From Setoptus koraiensis (lineage: Eukaryota > Animalia > Arthropoda): a DNA stretch of 64,000 nucleotides. Location of the stretch: contig CM106585.1 in assembly GCA_048013815.1 (NCBI GenBank), positions 15,128,001 through 15,192,000 on the forward strand, given 5' to 3'. Position numbers and translations under genes: made by a program. The notes below the pieces were generated by a model. It saw only the letters and a list, made by a program, of their open reading frames with translations, had not been told where the DNA came from and searched no databases. This document shows, piece after piece, positions 18,783 to 31,534 of the stretch (its first letter is position 1; each line of letters starts with the position of its first letter).

Positions 18783-21700
18783 AGCGATCTGCTGACGAGC
18801 GGCTGTATCTGGCACACTAACTAGCGGACGTTCAATCCGTTCAATTTGTCTGATTTGTCTGATTTGTTTGATTGGCTTGATCTGTTTAATTTGTTTGATC
18901 TGTTTAATTTGTTTGATTTGTCTGATTGGCTTGATTTGCCTAACTTGCTCAACTTGTTTGGTTGCTTGCTCAATTCTCTGCGAATTGCGCGAATTCGGCC
19001 GCTGCCAACTGATTGACAACTGAATCTATCTGCTTCGGGATGAGGTCTAAATCCGGCCAGCATTGCGCTGCCCAATGCGAATCCACTGCGGCTCAGGCAC
19101 AACTTGCGGCCACTTGTCGATTCACTTGGCGCCACTTGTTGCGTTTGTTCTTACTCCGTTCGTTTGCTTGTTCGCGTTCGCGTTCGCAGTTCCCAATTTC
19201 CGATTTCCGATTTCGAATTACCAATTGCCGATGGTCGAACCGCCAGCCGATTGCGCAATACAAATCCCAGTTTTGGGCACCAAGTTTTGCGACCGAATGC
19301 GTGCTGACCGTTAGCTGTATGTTCGTTGCAGATATCGAATCGCGAAGAAGCGGAATCAATTCGCGCCGCTTCTGTCTATGCGTCGTCGGCTGAATAGTCG
19401 GCTATTAGCTGGCCAATGACAATAAAAGCTGTCACAGTGTCGATTCCGTGTGTAACAGCGACAGTGTCAGCGAGCAAGATTTGTAGCTACTTATACTGAC
19501 AGTCGCTGAGGTTATGAGCTCAGGTTACGTAATGCGTTCGCTGTTTGTGTGTGTGTGTGTGTGCCCTGCAAAAGAACAGAAACGATGCCTTTGCGCTAGA
19601 ATTTCGCCTTCGAAAAGAAAGAATCTCTGAAAGAATATCTGGCTAAATTAGCCAGATAGTTGAAAATGGTTGAAAACAGTTGAAAACACAAGTGCAATTA
19701 CGCCGTACAAGTTGGCCGCAGTATGCAGTGTCTGCTGTGAGTATCTGTTGTGAGTATCGGGCCAAATTGGCAGCCGGTTACAAATATATTTTATTTTATA
19801 TACCTATTTATTTGTAAAGTGGGCTTGCTTTTACTCACCTGTTGGCTATTCTGTCTATTTGATTCATGTGACTGTTATTGGTATTAGTGAGCGACGATTA
19901 TTATTTGGTCCGTAGTAGCGGCAACAGCATCAAAACACAACAAATAACAACAATGGCCAGCGGTGGACAAATTACAAGCTTCAATTGTCCGATGCTTCAG
20001 CTTGAATCGCTTTGTTGTGTTCAGTTGCAGTGTCGCAAGCAGTGCCTGCCAACTAGCCGCTACCTGAGCTGCTGTTACCTGTGCAAAAGCTCGCCACTGG
20101 CCGACAATGTTGTGAGGCAACGGTGATATTTACTGCAAGTGAAAGTTATACGCACCGGCCACTTTGCATCGGCTGTCACGTAATCGGCCGCTGTCGGCGT
20201 TGTCGCTGTCGGCGTTGTCGTTGTCGGCGTTGTCGCTGTTGTCGGCGGCGAGACGGCTGAACGGACAGGCTTTGTTGTTGTTGTTGTTGTTGTCGTTGTT
20301 GCTGTTATATAACATGCGGCGTTTGGCTCATCGGTTGTCAAACAAAACAATGCCGGGCGCCAGTTGCTGTTCACGCGGACAGGACAAATGAACGGAACGC
20401 AACGGACAATGGAGCCACTATTACGCAAGTCTCTTGTTTTCGCTTGTGATGCGAGCAACAGTGCGCTTGTTGTCGCCGTTTGTTGTTGCTGTTGTTGTTG
20501 TTGTCACTGTTTGTCGTTGTCGTCGCTGTTTGTCGTTGTTGTTGTCGTTGTTTGTGGTGTTTCTTCTGGGGCGCAATCGGCCGCTCGCGAATCGCAAGAC
20601 GTTGAGATACGTCAGTGTCAGCTGTTTGTGGCGATTGTCAGAACTTTTCTAATATAATTTTTGTTACAAAGTCATATTATATAAACGTAGGCGAGTTTGT
20701 GTAGCTTGCGGTCGCTTTTTTCAATCGCCCTTAATTCAATTTTCAATTCAATTGAGGGCACTCGCTGATGAGCGCTGATTGTGTGCTGATGTGACAACAA
20801 TATTAAGGGGCAACAATTATCGCTGCCATTGTCATTTAATTGTTGGCCACTGCTGTAAAATAGCGCTAATAACTGTTGCTGCTGCGCAACCAGTGCAAAC
20901 ACTTTGTATTAATAATAATACTTACGATTTCGCGCCGCGATTGGGCGCCGATCGACTGAATTAAATCGCCAGATGAAATTGTTGCCGACACCTATGTCTA
21001 TAATAATATGACAAGTTTGTGTCGTGACGAGTTTGCCTCGCTAACTGCGAGTCGAGTGTGTCGTCTACAGGATCCTGCTCTGTCCGTGATGGGCCGAGAA
21101 ATGGGCCGGCCGGTTTGTTGTTGGCAAACCGCTTGCCATTTTGCCAAGTGTTGAAATCGGCAAGTATCTGGTTGGCGTTGGCGGTTTGTTGGTTTGGTCG
21201 CTGGGCGGTTTGTTGGTGTGGTCGGCCGGTGGTTTGGCGGTTCGGTCGCTCGGTGGTTTGGCGCTGTGGTCGCTTGGTGGTTTATTGGGTCGCGACAGCG
21301 TCACACTTGCCACACGGTGAGCCGTCGGATGAGACGGGGGGCAGGCAGAGCGAAAGTGAGAGCGAAGGTGAGAGCAAGGTGAGAGCAAGGTGAGCGCAAG
21401 GTGAGCGCAAGGTGAGAGAGTATGAATAATAAATTTTGCCAATAATTGCAAATTTTGTCTATCTATCCATGATGGATTTTTAACGGGATGAGGCGAGGCC
21501 GGCAGCCAGCCAACAAGGAGCCAGCAGCCAACACACAGCCGACTGGTTGCAGCGACCTCCAACGTAATGAGCAAACTCGCTCGCCGTTGCCGAGCTACGC
21601 GGCCATATTGGCGACACACGGCGGCCAAGGTGAGACGGCCGTGGTCAGCCAATTATTATTATTGTTATTGTTGTTATTATGATACCAAAATAAATAAAAA

Positions 21701-22494
21701 AGGCTCGCCGATCCAGCAAGCGATTGTGCGAGCCACTGGCCAGTGTCAAACAATAAACCGTTAGCGCCAGCTAACCACACACGGCCGCAAAGGGCCGCAA
21801 AGGGCCGCAAAGGTTGCTCGCTTATGGCCAGTGCAATATATAGCCAGTTGGCTGGTTAGCCAGTGCAACACCAGTGGCCAGTTAGCTAGACAGCGACACA
21901 TAACAATAATCCGTTATTTACAAATCGCGCGCACACAACGTTGCGGGCGGCAACCTGTTGCTGTTGGCGCCGCACTGCAAATAGCTTAAGGTTCTCAGGT
22001 AAGTTGAGCCGGGCATCTCATCACTTACCTGTGTGTGTTGTGTCATCATCGTTCGCTTGTTTGTCGTCGTGTCGGGTTACGCAACTGGCGCCGACACGAC
22101 AAACGGCAACAGCGACAGCCGACGACAGCGACAGCCGACAACACAGACAAACAACAACACAGACAGACAACAACACAGACAAACAAGTGCACTGTCGAGT
22201 GAAAGTTTATTAAAATTATTGACATGATGCAATCAGTTTTGTGTCGCCTTTTTGGCCTCACTTTTCCTGTCCGCGCGCGCCTGTCCCGCTCTCTGTGCCC
22301 TGTGGAGCCTTGTTGAGCCTTGCGGTGACTTATGGCGCCCGTAAGTTATGGCGCCCGTAAGTTGTGGCGCCTTGTGCGCGCTTGCTTGCCGGTTTTGCAC
22401 TTTGCCAACAGCAACAGTCAACGGATCAACGGTATGATTGACTGCTCAACAACAAGTGGTTATTGGTTTTGTTTTTACGCAACAAGCTCGCCGG

Positions 22495-22540
<46 letters not shown>
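22495..22540. repeat. (TTG)n microsatellite
   Basis: Perfect run. Confidence 0.95.
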
Positions 22541-22541
<1 letters not shown>

Positions 22542-22816
22542 GTGTGCCAATTACCGATTGTTCGTCTCATCAAATATACCAATAGCTGGCACAGTGCACG
22601 CCGCCTGTCGCTTGCAACTAGCAAGTTGCAACTAGCGAATTGCACCACCAAAAACAACAACACACACGACGCGAAAGAAGGACAACAAATAAAATATAAT
22701 ATTCCAATGACAAATGCCGTTTGTGTGTGAGTCATGTGTCATTCATTAAAATGAAATCACTCAAACAACCGACAACAACAATCGAAAGCGATTGCGCAAC
22801 ACGTTCACACTCACAC

Positions 22817-22820
<4 letters not shown>

Positions 22821-22863
<43 letters not shown>
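22821..22863. repeat. (AC)n microsatellite
   Basis: Perfect run. Confidence 0.95.
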
Positions 22864-22864
<1 letters not shown>

Positions 22865-23330
22865 GTGACGTCAATTAATATTCGTGACATAATCGCATTA
22901 TTATTATTATTGTTATGTTATCTCGTTACATATCTGTTACGCGAAACAGTTTAATTGAACAGTTTAACTAAAAGGGAAGCTTCGCGAGGTGCACTCGCAC
23001 CGCACTGCATCATGTGACCAATTGTTACGTCATTTTAAATCGCGGAGTATTGCTTGTATTACATCATATGTATTATATTCATTATATGTATTAAATGTGT
23101 TGTATGTATTATATGTTGATATTTGACAGTTATATACAGTCTGATAATTCATATTCGTATATAGCGTTGACTAATTGTTAACTAGTTGCGGTGCAACAAC
23201 TAATTGATTATCTAATCAATCAATTGGTTAAGCGTCAATTGACTGGCTCATTAAGCGCTCAATTAATAAACAATTATCGAGCTTAATTAATTGACAAGTT
23301 TATGAGCTGAGCTTAATTAATAATCATCAA

Positions 23331-23843
23331 TTAATAATTGAAGATTGATGTGGGCGAGACGGAGTCGTCAAACTCGTCATCGCTACTGGCTGAACTGCAC
23401 TGTCCGTCGGCATCGGCGCTGTCGCCAGCAACGCCTCCGCCGCTATCCCGCGCCTTGCCCTCGCCTCCTGGCTTCGGTTCCTCTTGATCGAGTTCGCTCT
23501 CGGCAAGACAGCAACTGTCTTTCCAGCTGAGATTTGAGTAAACGGAACAGTAGCTAGAGTTGTTGGAGTAAAACAGCTCCTCGTCCACTAATATTCCTAT
23601 CCAGTATTTGTCTAACATTTTGTAAGCGGACGAACCGTGCCGACTGTTGAGAAACGGTTGCGTTGCGTCCCGGCCCGCATACTCTAATAATATGAACTCG
23701 CCGCCTGGGTGATCGTTGACGAACTGAGTTATGTTGTACACCTTGTCGAATATCACCATCCAACAATCGTCCAGAGTCTGATGCTTGCTCACCTCGGCCA
23801 GAGTGTATTTTTCGTTTAATTGCCAGCACCTCTTTTTTGCCAT
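23331..23843 (-). CDS. Cytochrome b5 heme-binding domain protein, soluble type (no C-terminal anchor), single exon, 170 aa
   Basis: YTLAEVSKH..DDCWMVIFDKVYNITQFVNDHPGGEFILLEYAGRDATQPF..HGSSA..YWIGIL carries both axial His (HPGG and RHG). First ATG at 23843 (the track start at 23891 is GTG). The tail is acidic/Ser-rich and not hydrophobic. Confidence 0.9.
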   Translation of the reverse strand: MAKKRCWQLNEKYTLAEVSKHQTLDDCWMVIFDKVYNITQFVNDHPGGEFILLEYAGRDATQPFLNSRHGSSAYKMLDKYWIGILVDEELFYSNNSSYCSVYSNLSWKDSCCLAESELDQEEPKPGGEGKARDSGGGVAGDSADADGQCSSASSDDEFDDSVSPTSIFNY

Positions 23844-23907
23844 TTTTCGCTGCTGTTTCTCGACTTTGCGATCACTTTCTCTCTGAATCACTCGGTGATT
23901 TCGGTTC

Positions 23908-23974
23908 GTTGTTCGGTTGTTCGGTTGTTCGGTTGTTCGGTTGTTCGGTTGTTCGGTTGTTCGGTTGTTCGGTT
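23908..23974. repeat. 8-bp tandem repeat (ttgttcgg) about x8, upstream of the cytochrome b5 start
   Basis: Read directly; lies 65-130 nt 5' of the ATG on the minus strand. Confidence 0.9.
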
Positions 23975-25396
23975 TTGCGGTTTTACGGTTTTCGGTCGCT
24001 CGGTCGGTCGCTTGTTCGGGTTTTCGCTTGAGTCGCCTTGCTGTTTTTCAATCGGTTTCGGTTGGTCTCAATTGGTTTCGATTAGTTTCAATTGGTCTCG
24101 TCTAGGTGTGTGTCAGTGATTGGTAGTTGATTGAACAAGATGAAAATGAGAATGATTTATGTTTGAGTTGCTCGCTGCTGCTGAGCGTCTTATCTAATCA
24201 CAAGCCCTCTGGCGAGTGCTATCTATTTATAGTCTGGTTGGCGTCTTAATCTTGATCGCTGCTGCCAATGATTTTTCGCGCAATTTGTCACAGTTTGCTC
24301 ACAATTTGTCAGCGCTCAAATTGAATTTGTGAATGCGCTCGCGCACACTTATCTGAAAAAATAGATTTGTATCGAATGTGTGATACTGTGAGAGATGATA
24401 AACATTGGCGCAAGAATTGGCATTTGCACCACTTGTCCTCAGTTACTTTCTCCACCAGCGCGATAGCAGCCGATAATGGCGATAATGGCAGCAAAAAGAG
24501 CAAAAAGAGAGAAAAAGAGAGAAATAACAACAAGCAAAACACACAGTAGTAGTAGGTGGGGTGAGCTTGCCAGATTCTGTTGGTTTTATCCGCTTATCGG
24601 CTCGGTTTGCTACCATTATCGCGGTGGACGGTGCTGCGGGTGCTGCTGTGATTGAGTTGCGCACGATTGAAATCGCGACCAAATCGCTCATCACCACGAA
24701 TCATCTGGCATATAATCGTAATCATAATTATGACTATTGCCTGCGAGTGTTCAATTTTCATCAGCAACAATCAAGTTTTTGCAATGTTATCGCGATGGCG
24801 CCACTATCTGATCTGTGTAGACCAACAAACAAAGATCGCGATAGCGATTGTTAGATGGATAAGGCCGAGGCTGCATGGAAAGCGGCCAAGTATGTGGAGT
24901 ATGGGAGAAGAAAAAGAAACTTCAAATCAGCTCAAATCAGGCACAACTTATTAGGCGCAGATTATCTTATCTTCGCGCCGATAGGTAAAAGTACCTATCG
25001 CCATCTTCCCCTTCTTTTCGGTCGCAAGCTCGCTGCCTCGAGCCAACGCGGCAAGCCAGCGCAAGCCGAACAAGGCAAACAGTCCCAGCCGGCGAGGCTG
25101 TTCTTTCCCACAAAATCGTACTATGTGCCGTCGACGACGTCGTCGTTATGTTGGCCACCACCGTCGTCGACAGCAACCGCGACAAGTGCAGCTTTTGCGA
25201 GCTGCAAAAGTGAGCGACGATGAGTCGTCGCCGTCACTGGTATTTTTACTATAATGCGATGGTATTATTATTTGTTTGCCACGACTTATCTTGATCTTCG
25301 CAGCGAGCGCAGATCGTTGAAAATGTATCAAAAACAACAATATGTTCGCGTCAAAAGTTGCCGTTTCCGCTTATGTGTGCGCGTGACGACGCCACT

Positions 25397-25465
25397 GATT
25401 CCGGCGAGCCGACGCAAACACCGGCGAGCCGACGCAAACACCGGCGAGCCGACGCAAACACCGAC
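25397..25465. repeat. 20-bp tandem repeat about x3 (ccggcgagccgacgcaaaca)
   Basis: Read directly. Confidence 0.85.
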
Positions 25466-28137
25466 GACAGCTCGCGATGATCTCGACGCGACGGCTCGGG
25501 ATGATCGCGATGGGGTGACGCGAGACGGTGACGCGGATCGCGACGACGCTGGCCGGCGCAAACGGGCGATCGGCACGCAGATACGACAATTGATACGAGA
25601 GTCGGGCCACGAGAGTCAACTGATTAGTTGGTGGCCCCTCTCGCGCAGCGCCCGCCCGAACGGGGGCGAGGCACCTTGCTGTTCGACTTGTTGTTGTTCG
25701 ACTTGTTGTTGTTCGACTTGTTGCTGTCGGTCGGTCGCCGTCGATGGGTCGCCGTCGGTGGGCCGCTGTGGTTGCTTGTGGGCGCAAACGCGATTCAATG
25801 GTCGCAACAACAACAACAATGGCAAATTTTTCATGAACTGTAATTATGTCGATGATGATGACGCTCATGACAATGATCATGTGGACAAACAAAAATGGCG
25901 TCAGCAACACAATGCAATCTTGTAATTATCACTAGCACGATAAATAACTAATTTGATAATAGCAATTGATATCAACAAATAGACGGTATAATAGACGAGA
26001 GAGACAGACGTCTAGCTCAACGCATAACCAAAGAAAATTTATCCCAGCGAGCGAGCAAGCGAAAGGTTTCTGTTTGCTGTTTTTAGATTACATGGTGTCG
26101 CTGCATTCATTCATATCGCACACAACACAAAGCAGCAATATTATGTGATTAACACCACCATTAACCACCATCGAGCATTTTTAGTCTTCTATTATTCAGT
26201 CTATTATTTAGTCTATTATTTAGTGTCGTTTGGTGTGCGAGCGTCGGGAAAAGTTAGTCAGATCGGTATCTTGGCGAGCTCGCAACACTGATGGTCTTGC
26301 TGCTGGCAAGCCAACGAGAGATGCTCATGTGTAGTTTTGGTGTCAGATAAGGCACCCATAGAAACTTCATCGGGAGGTGCAATGAGGACGACGACAACCA
26401 CAAGTAACTGGCAATTAGTAAATGAGCAGCGACCACATGACTTGCTGCACCTAAACATCATGTATATTAACAACAAGATATAACAACAGCAACAGCGACA
26501 GCGATTCACTTGCCGCCACAACAATGCAACAATGCGACTCCAACACTCTGAGACTCCAAGACTTGTGATGATGAGTTCACGATACTCGTGTTATGATTCG
26601 CATTTCGCATAGATCACAAAGATGGTTGCTTAGATCAGTTGCTCTGGCACGGCTGTGGCACAACTTACGCGAACATGCTACCACTGCATACTACCAATCA
26701 GCGATATATTAATAATGTCATATATTAATAATGTGATATGGCGAACATAGAGAGCGCCAACAGAGCCAATGCCTCTTGCCGAGACGCCACCAATACGACA
26801 AGACGCATACGACAAGACGCATACGACAAGATGATGCACTCAACTCGTGCCGCTGAAATGCTCATCCTACACTTGTACCGTCGACACAAAGACACTTGTT
26901 GATTGCATAAAATAATAATTCATTTATTAATAGTTGAGTTTGTTTCTATTAATCAGTGACAAAGCCAGTGTGCGTTGAGAATGAACAAGATTAATTAATA
27001 CATCGGCCTGACACGAACAATAGACATGACCGCCTGTTCACATGATGACAAACAACACACACTAACTAAGCCAGTGATGAATCCGATGGATCGATTTGTC
27101 GGATTATCAGATGGCATTAGACGGCACTTTTCGCCAACATCGTCGTATATACATGCGTGCCGATGGCAACGCCAAGTGGATAAATTTGTTGGCAATTGGT
27201 GTTTTGTTGGCAATTGTTGCAAACAATGACACAAGTTGACAATTTAAGTCACTGACTGTGTGTGCATTATAGTAAAGTTGTTATCAATCATGTCGGTGTT
27301 ATCCTCCACTTACATGCAGCTCGCTCCAGTTACATATTGATAGCAGCACCAGTACACTGTTTGGCACTTGTCGGCGACATACCTAAAATATTCATATCAA
27401 CCTATCAACGGCTTGCCATCTCCATATCGCACATAATCGCGCATATTATTTATTATTAGAATATTCTCAATTGTTGACTCAATATTCGTTCGCGCACTGT
27501 GCAGTCCACAGGCCACATCCGAATGAGCTCACTATCACGGTGACAGTATCACAGTGACAGCATCACAGTGACAGTATCACAGTGATAGTATCAGCGCAAG
27601 TCGGCGCTTACATAACGACACCGTCGGAGAGTTAGATAACGACACCGTCGGAGAATGAGATATCAACGAGTTACATAACGATCGCACAAGTATACAACAA
27701 AAAAGATGTGGAAGCTTCTCTCACGAGCCAGTCTATGTGTGTCTATGTGAGTCGATCATGCACTCCGTGCGCCGCCGCCAGTCGATCGCCAGCATGATTG
27801 ACAAGATTGTGAGTCTTGGCTAGATACTGTTACAATGACAACACACTAATAATATTAATCCGGTTATCAATTTATCAATTGAATTTATTTATTTATCTGG
27901 CTGCCGTTCTGTTGGGCTTTGGGCGCACTTCTCGTCGAGCACACTTGTTGTCAGCGTATGCTTTACATACTTGGTGCTTTAGTACATGACCAAACGAACT
28001 GGGTTATCGATTGCTGCCGATCTCCGGCCTGATTGACAGACGGGCGTGGCCACAGCTAGACAAGCCAAAACAAAGTATATTGTTTTGATCGTCAATAGAT
28101 CAGTTAGTTGCAGCGAGCGACCCGTCCACAAATAATA

Positions 28138-28200
28138 CAAATAATAATAATAATAATAATAATGATAATAATAATAGTAATAGTAATAGCAATGATAATG
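28138..28200. repeat. (AAT)n microsatellite with TAG/GAT variants
   Basis: Read directly. Confidence 0.9.
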
Positions 28201-29416
28201 TAATCTCGAACTGATAATGAACACAATGCAACACGAACGAATTGAAAATCTCTCCCATTCATCTCGTCTCTCTGTTGACAAACAGTGCAAACCAACACAA
28301 AACAAATGGAACATTTCGACGCTGTCATGAGTCCATGGCTGTTCACAATGGAACTCGTGTGACAGCTTTCATCAACAATCGACCAACATCTCAATCCAAA
28401 CTCTCTTATCTTGCTGCCATATCTCTGCCAACACGGCGAGCCGATTAGAACAAGTGCCGAAAGGCTTCGCTCGCTAGCCCCACGCACTTCCGGCGCACAA
28501 ACTAGCAACAGATCGCCAGGCAGCCAGCATGATGACAAATTGCCGATTTGACGCTTGCCAGCAAGCAACAAAAATGATAATGACACCTATGCAACGCTTG
28601 TGAGCCATGTTTACGGTTGACATTGCTTACTTTGCAACCTCGATCGCATATCGCACCACATCCCACTGACAGGTGATAAGTGAATTTGAATAGCATCACT
28701 CTCGTTCGTCACCCAGTGGTGTTGACACTCGAACCAAGTGATAGGAGCCAGACAGCCTTCTGGTCGCCAAGCACTTGAAGCTCCGCTAGATCGCTATCAG
28801 CCTGACTTGAACCTGGTAGTGGTAGGAGAAAAATTCACCCCTGATCAGCTCATTATCAGCGCTCATCTCAACTTGATTTGCACCCACGGCACACAAACGG
28901 GAATTTTCTCTTCTTTGTTTTCTTCTCTACGTTTTTGCTACGTAGACGAGTCAGCCCACGGTGACGCAATTTTTTCGGCGTACTGCCAATGGCTCACAAT
29001 ACAAGTAAATAATTTCCACCCGGCGACACGTACAACACTTGTTTACAATTTGTTAGTGGTACACAAATATAGTAAACAGTGATGTATGAGCAAACAAATG
29101 CGGAAATGTGTCACTGACACTGTAAAATATCAAAAATCACAACACAGTCTTGCCAAACGCATCGGCGGAGCGCGGGAAACTTTCAAATTTGGCGCCACAC
29201 TTCAGCGAACTACTGGGCCCACAGTGCGGAGCAGCATCAACCTTGTGCCACAGGAGCGCTGCCTTTGTCATGTGTGTGCTACAGTGTGTGTGTATAGGGT
29301 GTCTCACAATTGTCAAGCAAATATCCCAGGCCCTAAAACACATGTGCAGCACACAAGCACAGAGCGTGCATTGTGCGCGCTGTTTGTGCCGTGTGTGCGA
29401 GGAGCACGGGCAGCAC

Positions 29417-29540
29417 GGGGAGTGTGGGGGCTGCGGGGAGTGCGGGGAGTGCGGGGGCTGCGGGGAGTGCGGTGTGTTCGTGGACTACGGGGAGTGTGGG
29501 GATTGTGGGAGTGCGGGGATTGTGGGAGTGCGGGGAGTGC
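29417..29540 (+). repeat. G-rich 9-bp repeat (ggggagtgc) with G-quadruplex pattern upstream of Rop
   Basis: Two clusters of 5-6 runs of three or more G separated by 4-7 nt loops. Confidence 0.8.
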
Positions 29541-29767
29541 TGCGGAGCGCTGTAGGGCAGAGCTCAAAACAAACCCACTCCCAACCAAGCTTGTACGTGC
29601 AATAAATATCTGCGTTCGTATCCTCCCTACGATCTAATAAATTAATAAAAATTTACAATATTATTACATATTAATAAATGCTAATAATTTGTATTAATAA
29701 TTCATATTAATAAAATAAAATACAATAAACAACATCGGCGGCACCAGCAACAGCAATAGCAACAGCA

Positions 29768-31534
29768 ATGGCTCTCAAGACGCTCGTCAGAGAGAAAATC
29801 ATGAACGATGTTATACGATCGGTGCGAAAAAAGGGCGAATACAAGGTGCTCATCGTGGACTCATTAGGCATGCGAATGATCAGTGCCTGTTGTAAGATGC
29901 ACGAAATAGCCTCGGAGGGCATCACAATTGTCGAGGATATTAACAAGAAACGGGAGCCACTACAAAATTTGGAAGCCGTTTATCTCATAACGCCCAGCGA
30001 ATCATCCATACGCCTTCTACAACAGGACTTTCTATCTGCCAAGATGGCGCTGTACAAATGTGCCCATGTTTTCTTTACAGAAACATGCCCAGATGACACT
30101 ATGACTCAATTGAGTAAATCGTCTTGCGCTAAATATATCAACACACTCAAAGAGATCAATATAGCATTCTTACCTTACGAATCACAGGTGGTATCACTAG
30201 ATATGCCAGAGGCATTTTTAACCTACTATCAGCATCCAACTAAAACACCAGACAGGGCCGCCAAGCTAGAGCGTATGGCCGAACAAATATCAACATTATG
30301 CGCAACATTAGGCGAATATCCTTCCATCAGGTATCGGTCAGATTTTGAACGAAACGCCGAATTGGCACAAATAATCCATCAACGTCTCAACGGTTATAAA
30401 GCTGACGATCCAAGCATGGGCGAGGGACCAGAAAAATCCAGATCTCAATTATTGATATTAGACAGGGGCTTCGATTGTGTGTCGCCCCTTCTACATGAAC
30501 TAACATTTCAAGCAATGGCCTATGATCTATTACCAATAGAGAATGATGTGTACAAATTTGAGACGCCTTCAGGCAACGAGGTCAGAGAAAAAGAGACTCT
30601 ATTGGATGAAAATGACGATATATGGGCAGAGCTTAGGCATCAGCATATAGCTTTAGTGTCGCAAGCTGTCACTAGAAATTTAAAACGTTTTATCGACAGC
30701 AAACGAATGAACTCGGATAAAGCTAGTCTCAAGGATCTGTCTCAAATGATCAAAAAGATGCCTCAACACCAAAAAGAACTCAGTAAATACGCAACACATT
30801 TGCATCTGGCCGAAGATTGTATGAAAGAATATCAACGTTACGCTGACAAACTATGCAAAGTAGAACAGGATCTTGCTTTAGGTACCGACGCCACTGGCGA
30901 GCGTATCAAAGATCCACTACGTAACACGGGACCTGTATTACTAGACGCCAATATAGAGGTCTATGATAAGATACGCATAATTTTATTATTTATTCAATGC
31001 AAAGGTGGTTTAACAGAAGATAATCTCACCAGAGTTATTCAGCATGCTGCAATACCAAATCCTGAACGCTCTATAATTATGAATATGGCCGCCTTGGGTG
31101 TCGCTGTCACATTGGAGGGCAACAAAAAGAAGCCATATCAAATGCCGAGAAAGCAACGCATCACGGAACAGACCTATCAAATGAGCCGATGGACACCAGT
31201 CATAAAAGATATTATGGAGGACGCTGTCGAGGACAAACTCGACGCAAAACATTTCCCATTCCTACTTGGACGACAGATGCCCACTGGTTATGGTCGACCG
31301 ACACCAACTAGTCAGCGTTACGGTCATTGGCACAAGGAAAAGAATGCTCTCAATATTAAACAAGTGCCCAGGTTGATCGTATTCATTGTTGGTGGTATGA
31401 CATATTCCGAAATGAGATGCGCCTACGAAGTGACACGCGAAATTAAAAACTGGGAAGTTATTATAGCGTCCGACCATATAATCACACCAGAGGGTTTCTT
31501 GAATGATCTACGTTCCCTAGGTCAGTCTGTGTGA
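29768..31534 (+). CDS. Rop: Sec1/Munc18 family syntaxin-binding protein (Rop / unc-18 / STXBP1 type), single exon, 588 aa
   Basis: Uninterrupted ORF with Munc18 motifs: [122 protein letters not shown]. Confidence 0.97.
   Translation: MALKTLVREKIMNDVIRSVRKKGEYKVLIVDSLGMRMISACCKMHEIASEGITIVEDINKKREPLQNLEAVYLITPSESSIRLLQQDFLSAKMALYKCAHVFFTETCPDDTMTQLSKSSCAKYINTLKEINIAFLPYESQVVSLDMPEAFLTYYQHPTKTPDRAAKLERMAEQISTLCATLGEYPSIRYRSDFERNAELAQIIHQRLNGYKADDPSMGEGPEKSRSQLLILDRGFDCVSPLLHELTFQAMAYDLLPIENDVYKFETPSGNEVREKETLLDENDDIWAELRHQHIALVSQAVTRNLKRFIDSKRMNSDKASLKDLSQMIKKMPQHQKELSKYATHLHLAEDCMKEYQRYADKLCKVEQDLALGTDATGERIKDPLRNTGPVLLDANIEVYDKIRIILLFIQCKGGLTEDNLTRVIQHAAIPNPERSIIMNMAALGVAVTLEGNKKKPYQMPRKQRITEQTYQMSRWTPVIKDIMEDAVEDKLDAKHFPFLLGRQMPTGYGRPTPTSQRYGHWHKEKNALNIKQVPRLIVFIVGGMTYSEMRCAYEVTREIKNWEVIIASDHIITPEGFLNDLRSLGQSV

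Noticed and set aside
18783-19019. Longer AGMO N-terminus (QIKQIK repeats) from the track start at 19019
   Set aside because: Non-ATG start and 9-bp repeat-derived sequence; the first in-frame ATG is 18782.
19832-19880. Minus-strand CAG|GTGAGT donor upstream of AGMO
   Set aside because: No frame-compatible coding link to AGMO found; at most a 5' UTR exon, which I cannot support.
25254-25925. 223-aa ORF and its antisense partners
   Set aside because: Built from 20-bp, 15-bp and trinucleotide repeats; no recognisable domain.
28710-28800. tRNA or SINE B-box-like GGTTCGAGT on the minus strand
   Set aside because: T-stem and acceptor stem do not pair and no A-box or cloverleaf could be drawn.
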